Origin: an uncultured Nitrososphaerota archaeon
Lineage (GTDB): Archaea; Thermoproteota; Nitrososphaeria; Nitrososphaerales; Gagatemarchaeaceae
Reading direction: 5' to 3'
DNA: 64,000 bases
NCBI GenBank assembly: GCA_963838925.1
Contig: CAWISW010000003.1
Coordinates: 160,001 to 224,000 of the forward strand
The notes under the pieces were generated by a model, which was not told the DNA's origin, did no database searches, and saw only the letters and a program-made list of their open reading frames with translations. Shown in pieces: positions 55,037 to 64,000 of this stretch (position 1 is its first letter; every line of letters starts with the position of its first letter). The position numbers were made by a program, and so were the translations under genes.

Positions 55037-56336
55037 GGAGAGGGCGTACGAACTCAACGAGGTGAGCTGGTGGGCGAAGTGGGCCGACGAGACGGTGTGG
55101 GTGTCCAAGAACTGCTACGCGATCTTCTCTGAGGCCTTCAAGGACGAGCAGTTCTACAACCGAGGAGGCTTCCTCGGGGTGGAGAGGGTCCCGGAGCTGG
55201 TGGTCGAGGCGGTCGAGAAGGAGTTCGCGAAGAGGAGGCGCCAAGCGCCCTGCATGCTGGTCGAGGAAGGGCGCCAATGGGACAAGCTTCGCGCCTCCCT
55301 CTCCTCGAAGGGATATGCGGTCGGCGACAAGATGCTGGTGATGGAGAGCAGGCCCCAGGCCAAAGGCAAGTCGGCCCCGAACCCCGACGTCGAGATCACG
55401 CTGGTGGGCTCGCGCTCAAAGGGAAAGGAATTGCAGGAATGGACGAAGGTCTACCTGCAGGCGTTCTACGGCGACCAGAGGCTGAGCGGAGCGGTCAACA
55501 AAATCATGCGGAAGGTCGTCAGGGACAAGAAGGCGAGCGTCGTCCTGGCGAGAATCGGTAGGACCCCGGTCGGATGCGCCGCTCTGTACAGGACGGCCGG
55601 AGGAGTGGCCGGTGCCTATTGCGTCGGGACTGAGCCGCGCTTCAGAGGAAGGGGCGTCGCCGCCACGATGCTGAAGTCTATGCGAGCGTTGGCTGAAGAC
55701 GAAGGTAGGCGGCTGATCATTCAGGCCATGGCCTCCGACGGAGTGGAAGGCTTCTACCTCAAGCAGGGGTTCAACCTAGCATACACGAAGAGCGTGTTCG
55801 CGCGCCGGCCCCGGAGGCGCACCGTGGGGAACGACTTGCCCTCCGGAGAGACCTTCGGCGTGGCCATGGACAGGGGAGCGGACGCGGGGGCCACCAAGCC
55901 TTTCGCCGAGGTGTTTTCGGGGTTCGAAGGCGTCGAGGCGGTAAGGAGGCTCTTCGGCGCCGACACGGAGGAGGTCATCTCTAAGCTGAAGGTCTCCTTG
56001 GACTCGCCCCGGGGATACCTCCGAGTCGACGGCGAGACCGGGAACGTCATGATAAACCCTGAGTACCTCAAGACCGGGCAGGAAAGGCACCTCTACCTCG
56101 ACGTGATCCATGAGCTCACGCACGTGAAGCAGTTCAGGGAGGGTAAGGAGCTCTACGACAGGAGATATGCGTACTTCGAGAGGCCGACGGAGATCGAGGC
56201 ATACCAAGTGGCGGTCGACGAGGCGCGTAAGATAGGGATGGAGGAGGAAGAGATCATCGACTACCTCAGGGTCGAGTGGGTGACCGAAGAGGAGTTCCAG
56301 AGGTTCGTGTCGAAGATGCGGATCAACCAGGGCTGA
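54990..56336 (+). CDS. GNAT acetyltransferase fused to an HEXXH zincin-like domain (start probably ~55014)
   Basis: VGTEPRFRGRGVA, FYLKQGF; IHELTHVKQ...EIEAY. Confidence 0.75.
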   Translation: MRSQRCWELTSLPSSEERAYELNEVSWWAKWADETVWVSKNCYAIFSEAFKDEQFYNRGGFLGVERVPELVVEAVEKEFAKRRRQAPCMLVEEGRQWDKLRASLSSKGYAVGDKMLVMESRPQAKGKSAPNPDVEITLVGSRSKGKELQEWTKVYLQAFYGDQRLSGAVNKIMRKVVRDKKASVVLARIGRTPVGCAALYRTAGGVAGAYCVGTEPRFRGRGVAATMLKSMRALAEDEGRRLIIQAMASDGVEGFYLKQGFNLAYTKSVFARRPRRRTVGNDLPSGETFGVAMDRGADAGATKPFAEVFSGFEGVEAVRRLFGADTEEVISKLKVSLDSPRGYLRVDGETGNVMINPEYLKTGQERHLYLDVIHELTHVKQFREGKELYDRRYAYFERPTEIEAYQVAVDEARKIGMEEEEIIDYLRVEWVTEEEFQRFVSKMRINQG

Positions 56337-56380
56337 CTGAGTTACAGGGTTTATACGCACCCGGAGAGGCCTGACAAGTC

Positions 56381-56710
56381 ATGCTGAAGGCCGTCCATGT
56401 CGTCTACGCGGACTGGTGCCCTCACTGCGTCCCGACGACCGTGGAGCCATTGGAGCGCGCGGCGAAGGAGCTCGGAGTTCCTCTGGTCCTCCACGACATC
56501 GACACCGAGGACGTCGACGAGGCTGACGGGCTAGTGAAGAAGTATGGGGACTGGACGCCGGACTATCTGATACCTCAGGTCTTCCTTGAAACGGCCGACG
56601 GCGTGATTGAGCACGTGTTGACGGGGGACCCCCGAGGCCTAAAGTTCACCAGAGACGCAGTGGACGCCTTAGTCAGGGGAAGGCTATCCAAGCAACCCGT
56701 GTTGCGGTAG
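56381..56710 (+). CDS. Thioredoxin/glutaredoxin-like protein
   Basis: YADWCPHC, cis-Pro IPQVF. Confidence 0.8.
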   Translation: MLKAVHVVYADWCPHCVPTTVEPLERAAKELGVPLVLHDIDTEDVDEADGLVKKYGDWTPDYLIPQVFLETADGVIEHVLTGDPRGLKFTRDAVDALVRGRLSKQPVLR

Positions 56711-56728
56711 CTGCGAGACGAAATCCGA

Positions 56729-57415
56729 TTAGGAGACCAGAGACCCGACGCGCTCGCCGAGGAGGGCCTTACGCACGTTCGAGGGGAAGAACCCGTTGGT
56801 CACTACGAGCACCAGCTTGTGCTTCGACACGAACCTCGCCGCGACGGGGTCGACGATGCTGTGGATCCCAGGCCTGTGCTGGGTGCCTCCCAGAATCCTG
56901 ACCAACTCCTGGTACGACAGGTTGTGCAGAAGCTTCGCTTCCTTGTCCGTCCTCGGGTCGGCGGTGTATACCCCGTCCTGGTCGGACGCCTTCACCAGCA
57001 AGTCAGAGTGCCACGCGTCCCCGAGTATCGCGGCTACCGTGTCTGTGGTGATTCCTGGCCTCAGCCCTCCCATCACCCCTATCCCGTTCTTCTCCAGCTC
57101 GACTATCATCCCCTGTATTGTGGTGGAGACCCTCTTGACGCCGAGCTTCATGCCCACGAGCTTTGCGTTGAGGCGTGACGCGTCGATTGCAATCATGTCC
57201 TGCGCTTCGCGGGGGAGCAGGAGCTCCTTGGCGGTGGTGATGTAGGCGCGTGCGACCGGCCCGCCACCTACGACGACGCCGACGGAGAGACCAGCCTTCC
57301 TGGCTTCAGAGATAACCTCGGCATACCCCTTGAGGAGCTTCGCCTGCGGAGGGGAGCCGAGAACCGACCCGCCTATGCGAAGGACGATCTTCTTGCCGGA
57401 GGCGGGTTTGGACAT
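56729..57415 (-). CDS. pyrH: Uridylate kinase (archaeal type)
   Basis: RIGGSV, VVGGGPVARAYI, PGITTD, DGVYTADP, VDPVA. Confidence 0.92.
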   Translation of the reverse strand: MSKPASGKKIVLRIGGSVLGSPPQAKLLKGYAEVISEARKAGLSVGVVVGGGPVARAYITTAKELLLPREAQDMIAIDASRLNAKLVGMKLGVKRVSTTIQGMIVELEKNGIGVMGGLRPGITTDTVAAILGDAWHSDLLVKASDQDGVYTADPRTDKEAKLLHNLSYQELVRILGGTQHRPGIHSIVDPVAARFVSKHKLVLVVTNGFFPSNVRKALLGERVGSLVS

Positions 57416-57552
57416 ATGGACGAGTGAGCATGCCCGGGATAGTTTTTATAAAGGTGAATGCCCTAAACTCCTCATCCGACGATGGAGTCCCGAGTCAGGC
57501 CAGAAGTAGTTAACAGCGAATCCGTCAGCTGACTCACCGGAGGTCATCCTCA

Positions 57553-58812
57553 TTGCTAAGTACAAAGGCAGACTCTGTAAGATTATACAAGATTCGAAAG
57601 GTCATCTCAGAGCTTTCCGGCAAGGAGGGGCGGGGGACCGAGCTGGTCTCACTGTACATCCCGCCCAAGAAGCCCATCCACGAGGTCATCGCCTACCTTA
57701 GGAACGAGTGGGGCACGGCCGCGAACATAAAGTCCGACACGACCCGCAACCACGTCCAGGACGCCCTGACGAAGACCATGCAGAAGCTCAAGCTCTACAG
57801 GGACACGCCCGACAACGGGCTGGTGATTTTCTGCGGGGCGCTGATGACGAACGGTCCGGGGAGCGAAGTGATACTCCTTCGCGAGATATCGCCCCCCAAG
57901 CCGGTGAAGTCCTTCCTTTACCAGTGCGACGACCACTTCCACATCGAGTACCTCAAGGACATGCTCAGGGAGGAGAAAGTCTACGGAATCCTCGCAATAG
58001 ACGCGAACGACGTGGGGATTGGGATACTCTCCGGCGAGAGCTTCGAGATCGTGAACGTGATGACCTCTGGCATCTCGGGGAAGACGAGGAAGGGAGGGCA
58101 GAGCGCCCGGAGATACGAGCGTGGAAGGGAGATGGAGCTGACCTACTTCTACCACAGGGTCGCCGACCACGCGAACAGGATCTTCATGGAGGAGTACAAG
58201 GTCACGGGGCTGGTGGTCGGCGGCCCCGGCTTCACCAAGGAAGACTTCCTCAAGACGGAGTTCTTGAACTACCAGTTGAGGAAAAACATCGTCGCCATCA
58301 TAGACACGGCGTACTCGGGGCGGGAGGGGGTCAGAGAGCTTGTAGAGAAGGCGGCGGACAAGCTCCAAGACGTGAGGCTGTTCGAGGAGAAGAAGCTCGT
58401 GCAGCGGTTCCTCGGCGAGGTCAACAAGCCGAACGGGGTGGCGGTGTACGGCCTTCCTAGGATAATCCAAGCTTTGGACAAGAGTAACGTGGAGACGATT
58501 CTGGTGGCCGACGACGTCGACACGACAAGGATCGCCGCCACATGCAAGAGCTGCCAGACGGTGAGGGAGAAGTTCGTCCCGAACTCGAAGAAGACCCAGG
58601 CGACGCAGGAGATAACCTCGGAGCCATGCGCGAACTGCGGGTCGAAGGAGTTCGTGGTCGATGAGACCGACATCGTCGACCTCCTCGAGGAGAGGGCGGT
58701 ACAGGTGGGCGCGAAGGTCGAGGTGATCTCCTCCGGGACAGAGGAGGGGGCCATGCTCAAGTCCTTCGGCGGGGTCGCCGCCTTCCTGAGATACAGACCC
58801 GTCAGCGCTTAG
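57553..58812 (+). CDS. prf1: Peptide chain release factor aRF1
   Basis: GRGTELVSLYIPP, NIKS, YQCD, GGQSARR. Confidence 0.96.
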   Translation: MLSTKADSVRLYKIRKVISELSGKEGRGTELVSLYIPPKKPIHEVIAYLRNEWGTAANIKSDTTRNHVQDALTKTMQKLKLYRDTPDNGLVIFCGALMTNGPGSEVILLREISPPKPVKSFLYQCDDHFHIEYLKDMLREEKVYGILAIDANDVGIGILSGESFEIVNVMTSGISGKTRKGGQSARRYERGREMELTYFYHRVADHANRIFMEEYKVTGLVVGGPGFTKEDFLKTEFLNYQLRKNIVAIIDTAYSGREGVRELVEKAADKLQDVRLFEEKKLVQRFLGEVNKPNGVAVYGLPRIIQALDKSNVETILVADDVDTTRIAATCKSCQTVREKFVPNSKKTQATQEITSEPCANCGSKEFVVDETDIVDLLEERAVQVGAKVEVISSGTEEGAMLKSFGGVAAFLRYRPVSA

Positions 58813-58855
58813 GCCTGCGCCTCTAGCATACCCTTAACTACCGGAAGCGCCTTTT

Positions 58856-60121
58856 TTGCGAAATGCAGTCGAACTAGGCTGTAGACAGAGAACTGATCAC
58901 AAGATGGTTATTCGTATAGGCCTCATAGGAAAAACCAACGCGGGAAAGACCACTCTCTTCAACTCGATGACGCTGAAGGCGGGGGAAGTCTCGAACTACC
59001 CCTTCACCACCAAGTCCGCGGACACGGGGGTCGGGCAGGCCGTCACCCTGTGCGTCCACAAGGAGTTCAACGTCCAAGACAACCCCAAGAACTCAAAGTG
59101 CGAGGAGGGGTGGCGTTTCATCCCCATCGAGGTGACCGACCTTCCCGGGCTCATCAAGGGGGCCTGGATGGGGAAGGGGCTCGGGAACCAGTTCCTCTCG
59201 GTGGCTGCCCAGTCGGACGCGCTGCTGCACGTAGTCGACGCCTCAGGGAGCGTGGACAAGGACGGGAAGATCGCCGAGCCCGGCACGGGAGACCCGCTCG
59301 CCGACCTGGCCGACGTCGAGCTCGAGCTGGTCCTGTGGTACACCAAGCTCTTCTCGAGCAACCTGGTGAAGATATCAAAGGCCGCGAAGCTCCCGGGGAT
59401 CGGCCTTCCCGAAGCCATCGCGGAGGTCCTCCAAGGTATAGGGGTGAAGCGCGAGCACGTGACTTACGCGCTCAACGAGGCGATGCTCCAAGAGAAGGAC
59501 GTGGACAGCTGGAACGAGCAGGAGGTCCAGAACTTCTGCTGGATCCTTCGCGACATCTCCAAGCCGACGCTGATCATCGCGAACAAGATGGACCTCCCCA
59601 ACGCTGCGGAGAACTTCAAGGCCCTCAGGGAGAAGTACAAGGACCTGATGGTCGTCCCGACGAGCGGCGAGGCGGAGCTCTCCTTGCGAAGGGCGGAGGT
59701 CAAGGGGTTGATAAAATACGTGCCCGGCGAGGAGCGGTTCGACGTTGTCAGGCCCCAGGAGCTGACCGACGCGCAGAAGAACGCCCTCTCCTACATCAGG
59801 AGGAAGGTCTTCGGCGAGTACCTCAGGACGGGCGTCCAGTTCGGCCTCAACATCGCGATATTCAAGCTCCTGAAGATGAACGCGGTCTACCCGGTGGCAG
59901 ACGCCGAGAAGCTGACCGACAAGCACGGGAACGTACTACCTGACGTCTACCTTCTGCCCGCGGGCTCCACGGTGGAGGACCTCGCCAAGGCAGTCCACAC
60001 AGACCTGTTCAAGGGCCTGCTCTACGGCATCGACGCGAGGACCGCGCTCCACCTCCCAGTGGACTACGTCCTCAGGGACAGGGACGTCCTCTCGATGGTG
60101 TCGACGGCGAAGAGGGGCTGA
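58856..60121 (+). CDS. ychF: YchF/OLA1-family TRAFAC ATPase/GTPase (archaeal; start probably MVIRIG)
   Basis: GKTNAGKTT, NYPFTT, DLPGL, GLGNQFL, NKMD, TGS-like tail. Confidence 0.88.
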   Translation: MRNAVELGCRQRTDHKMVIRIGLIGKTNAGKTTLFNSMTLKAGEVSNYPFTTKSADTGVGQAVTLCVHKEFNVQDNPKNSKCEEGWRFIPIEVTDLPGLIKGAWMGKGLGNQFLSVAAQSDALLHVVDASGSVDKDGKIAEPGTGDPLADLADVELELVLWYTKLFSSNLVKISKAAKLPGIGLPEAIAEVLQGIGVKREHVTYALNEAMLQEKDVDSWNEQEVQNFCWILRDISKPTLIIANKMDLPNAAENFKALREKYKDLMVVPTSGEAELSLRRAEVKGLIKYVPGEERFDVVRPQELTDAQKNALSYIRRKVFGEYLRTGVQFGLNIAIFKLLKMNAVYPVADAEKLTDKHGNVLPDVYLLPAGSTVEDLAKAVHTDLFKGLLYGIDARTALHLPVDYVLRDRDVLSMVSTAKRG

Positions 60122-60184
60122 AGGCAGACAGTCTAATCCGCTAGAACCGTTATATCAATCCGGGTTGAAGCCCGAGGCAGGCGG

Positions 60185-60766
60185 GTGAGTGGGCCTCCCC
60201 CCGTTCCGCCTCTAGAAACCCCGGGTCGGAGGAGAGAAGAGAGCATAAACAAGACAGAGAACAAGGCGGCGCGCAGTTCAAGGAGGAGCGTCCTCATAGC
60301 GACGGCAGCGGTCTACGCGGCGATGTATGTCGTGCTGGCCTTGGCGTTCAACCCCATCAGCTACGGGGCGATCAATCTGCGGGTGGCGAACATCCTCATT
60401 GGCCTCGTCCCCATAATCGGATGGCCCGCGGTCCTTGGGCAGGCGTTGGGGGTCTTCATAGCCAACCAGCCTGCCCTCGGCGACCCTCTCGGCCCAATCG
60501 ACCTCGTCAACGTCATCCCCTCGTTCCTGTTCTCGTTTCTGCTGTGGAAGCTTCGGAACACGAGCGTCTTCCTGGGGCTGACGCTTTACTCTATAGCGCT
60601 TGGCATCACGGTAAGCTTCGCCCTGAACTACGCGTTCAACCTGCCGCTGTCGGTGGAGATTCCTCAGGTCACGGCCGGAGTATTCATAGCGACGGCGGTG
60701 CTCGGCTATCTCCTCTTCAGGTCCGTGAAGAGGCTGGGCGTGCTGCAGAGGATGTTCCCCAACTGA
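60185..60766 (+). CDS. queT: QueT-family transporter (start uncertain)
   Basis: AAVYAAMY, PISYGAINLRVA, GVFIAN, LGPID. Confidence 0.8.
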   Translation: MSGPPPVPPLETPGRRREESINKTENKAARSSRRSVLIATAAVYAAMYVVLALAFNPISYGAINLRVANILIGLVPIIGWPAVLGQALGVFIANQPALGDPLGPIDLVNVIPSFLFSFLLWKLRNTSVFLGLTLYSIALGITVSFALNYAFNLPLSVEIPQVTAGVFIATAVLGYLLFRSVKRLGVLQRMFPN

Positions 60767-60799
60767 TATGAACCCGAACCCGAGGGGGAGGACAAGCAC

Positions 60800-61549
60800 T
60801 TGAGCAAAGACAGGAGCGCGATTTGCTGCATCTCGGGAGGAGCGGATTCAGTGACCATGGCGTACTACGTGAAGAAGGTCATCAAGCCCGAGCACCAGCT
60901 ACTGATATTCTGCAACTACGGGCAGCGGACGTACGCCTATGAGGAGTTCTGCATCAAGGAGATATCGCGGCGGCTGAAGGCCCCTCTCAAGCTCATCGAC
61001 ATGAGATGGCTCGGCGAGATAAGCACCTCCCTGCTCACGCACGCCGAGAAGGAGATCCCGGAGACTAAGAACGAGGACCTCTGGGTCCCTGAGAAGGCGA
61101 GGGACAGGATTCTGAAGTGGTGGGACCCGTGCAGGAACGCGATACTGCTGCTCGTCGGGCTTGCCCACGCTGAGTCGTTCTACATCTCGACCCAGGAGCG
61201 GTTCGACGTCTACATCGGGATACGCAGGGAGACGCCGGTGGCGATGAAGGACAACACGCCTGAGTTCCTCGAGGAGATTAACAGGCTGGGCGAGCAGGCG
61301 ACCCACCACGGAGGATACAGGATGCTCGCCCCTCTCATCACCTACGACAAGGACAAGGTGGTGAAACTCGGTGACGAGCTTGGCGTCCCTTGGCAGTACA
61401 CGTACAGCTGTTACGCAGGTTACGGCTTCAGGACCGTCGCGGGCAAGAAGCTGCCGGTTCATTGCGGAACCTGTTCAAACTGCAAAAGACGGAAGCTCGC
61501 CTTCGCCGACAGCGGCGTGAAAGACCCCTCTATCTACGCGAAACCCTAG
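60800..61549 (+). CDS. queC: 7-cyano-7-deazaguanine synthase
   Basis: SGGADS, NYGQR, RN, YSCY, HCGTCSNC, DP.IY. Confidence 0.92.
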   Translation: MSKDRSAICCISGGADSVTMAYYVKKVIKPEHQLLIFCNYGQRTYAYEEFCIKEISRRLKAPLKLIDMRWLGEISTSLLTHAEKEIPETKNEDLWVPEKARDRILKWWDPCRNAILLLVGLAHAESFYISTQERFDVYIGIRRETPVAMKDNTPEFLEEINRLGEQATHHGGYRMLAPLITYDKDKVVKLGDELGVPWQYTYSCYAGYGFRTVAGKKLPVHCGTCSNCKRRKLAFADSGVKDPSIYAKP

Positions 61550-61626
61550 GGGCGCGACAGGCGGCCCACCGCTCTGGAGAAGCAGGCCCAAAACCGGGGA
61601 CAACCTAAATACCCTCCCAGTGTGGA

Positions 61627-64000
61627 GTGAATCGAGTTTTGGAGAACCAAGGGGAGCAACCGCGGCCCACAGCCCCCGCGAATGCAGCCCCGCCCAACAG
61701 GCTAGAGTCGACAAGCTGGAACCCCGGCCTCGAGGAGGAGGTTAGAAGGATATGGGGAATTGAAGATATTTTCAAGTTCAGGCCCAGCGCTGACAAAAAG
61801 CGCAACTTTGTGATGGACACCCCTCCGCCGTACCCCTCAGGGAAGCCCTGGCACCCAGGAGCCCTGACCCAGTACTCTCAGATAGACATGGTCGCGAGGG
61901 CAGCGAGGATGCGGGGCTACAACGTCCTCTACCCAATCGGGATAGACAGGAACGGCCTCCCCGTGGAGATAGCGACGGAGCGGAAGTACAGGATTCAGAT
62001 GAGGAAGACCCCGCGGGACGAGTTCATCGGGCTCTGCAAGCATGCGCTCGACGACATCGAGGCGTACATGGTCGACCTTCTCAAGAAGCTGGGAGTCTCC
62101 GGGGATTTCAAGGAGAAGTACCGCACGGACTCCGAGGAGTACAGGACCCTGACCCAGTGGTCTTTCATCGAGCTTTGGAACAAGGGGCTCATACACATAG
62201 CGACGAGGCCCAACAACTACTGCACCGACTGCGGGACGACGATAGCCGACGCAGAGATCGAATACGAGGACCTTCCCGCGTACCTCGTCACGAACAAGTT
62301 CACCGTCAAGGAGACGGGCGAGGAGATCCAAGTCACCACGACCAGGCCTGAGCTCCTGTCCGCTTGCCAGCTGGTGGTGGTCAACCCAGCCGACGAGCGT
62401 TACAGGAAGATAGTCGGGAAGACCGCGGTCGTCCCAATCTACGGCAAGGAGGTGCCCATCAAGACGCACAAGAGCGTCGACATCGAGTTCGGCACGGGGG
62501 TCCTCATGGTCTGTAGCTACGGCGACTACAACGACGTGCAGCTCTTCAGGCAGCTAGGGCTCAAGGAGATTCAGGCGATTGACATGGAGGGGAAGATGAC
62601 GGCCGTCACCGGCAAGTACCTGGGGATGGCGATTAAGGACGCCCGCTCCCAGATCATCCAGGACCTGCAGGACGCCAAGATAGCGGTGAAGGTCGAGCAA
62701 GTGCAGCATCGGACGCCCCTGTGCGAGAGGAGCCACACGCCGATTGAGATAATACCGATGGAGGAGTTCTACCTAAAGCAGCTCCAGTTCGGTCCGACTC
62801 TGAAGAAGCTCGCGAAGGAGATCAAGTTCCATCCGCCGATGCACAGGCAGATACTATTCGACTGGATCGACTCTCTGACGACCGATTACCCGATTTCGCG
62901 CAGAAGATATTATGCGACGGAGATCCCGATCTGGTACTGCACCAAGTGCGAGACGCCGCACCTTCCAAAGGCGGGCAAGTACTACAGGCCCTGGAAGGAC
63001 GCGGCCCCGTTCAGGAAGTGCTCGAAGTGCGCCAACACGAAGTTCATCGGCGAGACGCGCACCTTCGACACCTGGATGGACTCGAGCATATCGGCGCTCT
63101 ATGTCACCAAGATAACGAAGAACCAGAAGTTCTTCAAGGCCACCTACCCGACGACGCTGAGGCTGCAGGGCAAGGACATCGTTAGGACCTGGCTGTACTA
63201 CTCGCTCCTGAGGTGCTACCTCCTGACCGGGAAGGCGCCGTGGAAGGAGGCATGGGTGGGAGGGCTAGGGCAGGACGCGCAGGGGAGGGCGATGCGCAAG
63301 AGCCTGGGCAACTTCATGGACCCCGAGCCGCTGCTCCAAAAGTACGGCACCGACACTTTCCGCTTCTGGGGCGCCGCTGAGGCGAACCAAGGCTACGACT
63401 TCAGGCTCTCGGAGGACAGGGTCGCGGGCGCGGGGAAGTTCCTCACCAAGCTCTGGAACACGGCCCGCTTCATCGCGTCGTTCCCCGAGCCCAAGAGCGC
63501 GAAGCTGACGCCCACCGACACCTGGATACTCTCTGAGCTGAACAGCCTCATCCACGAGTGCGTAGCTGGATACGAGGAGGGTAACGGGTTCGTCCCCGCC
63601 ACGAAGATCAGGGAGTTCGTGTGGAACGTCTTCGCCGCTCACTACCTCGAGATGGTCAAGGGTCGCGCGTACGGGGACGGCGTGTCAAAGGAGCAGTGCG
63701 AGGCGGCCAGGTTCACGCTTCACAAGGTGATGAAATCCGTCCTGCTGCTCATGGCGCCCATCACGCCGCACATGACCGACCACATCTGGAGGAGGCTCTA
63801 CGGGCAGCGGAGTATACACTTGGAGAGGTTCCCCCAGGCCGACAAGAGCAGGGCCCCCAAGGGCGTAGGCCCGGCGATAATCAAGTTCGACGAGACCATC
63901 TGGAAGACGAAGCGCGACAAGGGCGTGAGCCTGAGGGAGCCGGTCGAGGCGAAGGTCCCTGCGAAGCTGAAGCCCTACCTCGCAGACCTGGGGAGGATGC
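61627..64000 (+). CDS. valS: Valyl-tRNA synthetase (archaeal type; runs off the window end)
   Basis: Hand translation of frame 1: DTPPPYPSGKPWHPG, TTTRPEL, FGTG, ISRRRYYAT, DTWMDSS, MRKSLGN. Confidence 0.9.
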   Translation, partial: MNRVLENQGEQPRPTAPANAAPPNRLESTSWNPGLEEEVRRIWGIEDIFKFRPSADKKRNFVMDTPPPYPSGKPWHPGALTQYSQIDMVARAARMRGYNVLYPIGIDRNGLPVEIATERKYRIQMRKTPRDEFIGLCKHALDDIEAYMVDLLKKLGVSGDFKEKYRTDSEEYRTLTQWSFIELWNKGLIHIATRPNNYCTDCGTTIADAEIEYEDLPAYLVTNKFTVKETGEEIQVTTTRPELLSACQLVVVNPADERYRKIVGKTAVVPIYGKEVPIKTHKSVDIEFGTGVLMVCSYGDYNDVQLFRQLGLKEIQAIDMEGKMTAVTGKYLGMAIKDARSQIIQDLQDAKIAVKVEQVQHRTPLCERSHTPIEIIPMEEFYLKQLQFGPTLKKLAKEIKFHPPMHRQILFDWIDSLTTDYPISRRRYYATEIPIWYCTKCETPHLPKAGKYYRPWKDAAPFRKCSKCANTKFIGETRTFDTWMDSSISALYVTKITKNQKFFKATYPTTLRLQGKDIVRTWLYYSLLRCYLLTGKAPWKEAWVGGLGQDAQGRAMRKSLGNFMDPEPLLQKYGTDTFRFWGAAEANQGYDFRLSEDRVAGAGKFLTKLWNTARFIASFPEPKSAKLTPTDTWILSELNSLIHECVAGYEEGNGFVPATKIREFVWNVFAAHYLEMVKGRAYGDGVSKEQCEAARFTLHKVMKSVLLLMAPITPHMTDHIWRRLYGQRSIHLERFPQADKSRAPKGVGPAIIKFDETIWKTKRDKGVSLREPVEAKVPAKLKPYLADLGRM

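Overview
Archaeal chromosome segment. The 16S sequence, the 16S-23S operon without a spacer tRNA or linked 5S, aRF1 and the BHB-type tRNA introns point to a TACK/Nitrososphaerota-like organism. Right part (49.5-64 kb): GC-rich housekeeping genes (OFOR alpha/beta, two-intron tRNA-Leu, CysRS-like, pyrH, aRF1, ychF, queT/queC, valS). At 43.9-49.3 kb on the minus strand is a 16S-23S rRNA operon whose 23S gene carries a group I intron at L2500. The main observation lies directly downstream of the 23S gene: a ~33 kb array (11.26-43.8 kb) of compact 1-4-gene cassettes separated by 18 direct, variable-length copies of the 23S rRNA 3' end/trailer. Every copy is centred on the 3' arm of the 23S bulge-helix-bulge (BHB) processing stem (GGGTTC-ATT-GCGC-CTCCGCCGGGG). 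Cassette cargo is antiviral defence and toxin-antitoxin genes (viperin, type I R-M, Mrr-like, CBS-HEPN, AAA-ATPase, NERD-HEAT, Fic, three TA pairs, a polymorphic-toxin-like module) plus small secreted/membrane proteins. No integrase is present in the window. A BglII-like/SRA-HNH/PIN/Hachiman-like operon adjoins the distal end, and an IS6-family element with passenger genes has inserted into one cassette. All protein calls come from motif recognition by eye, not database searches.
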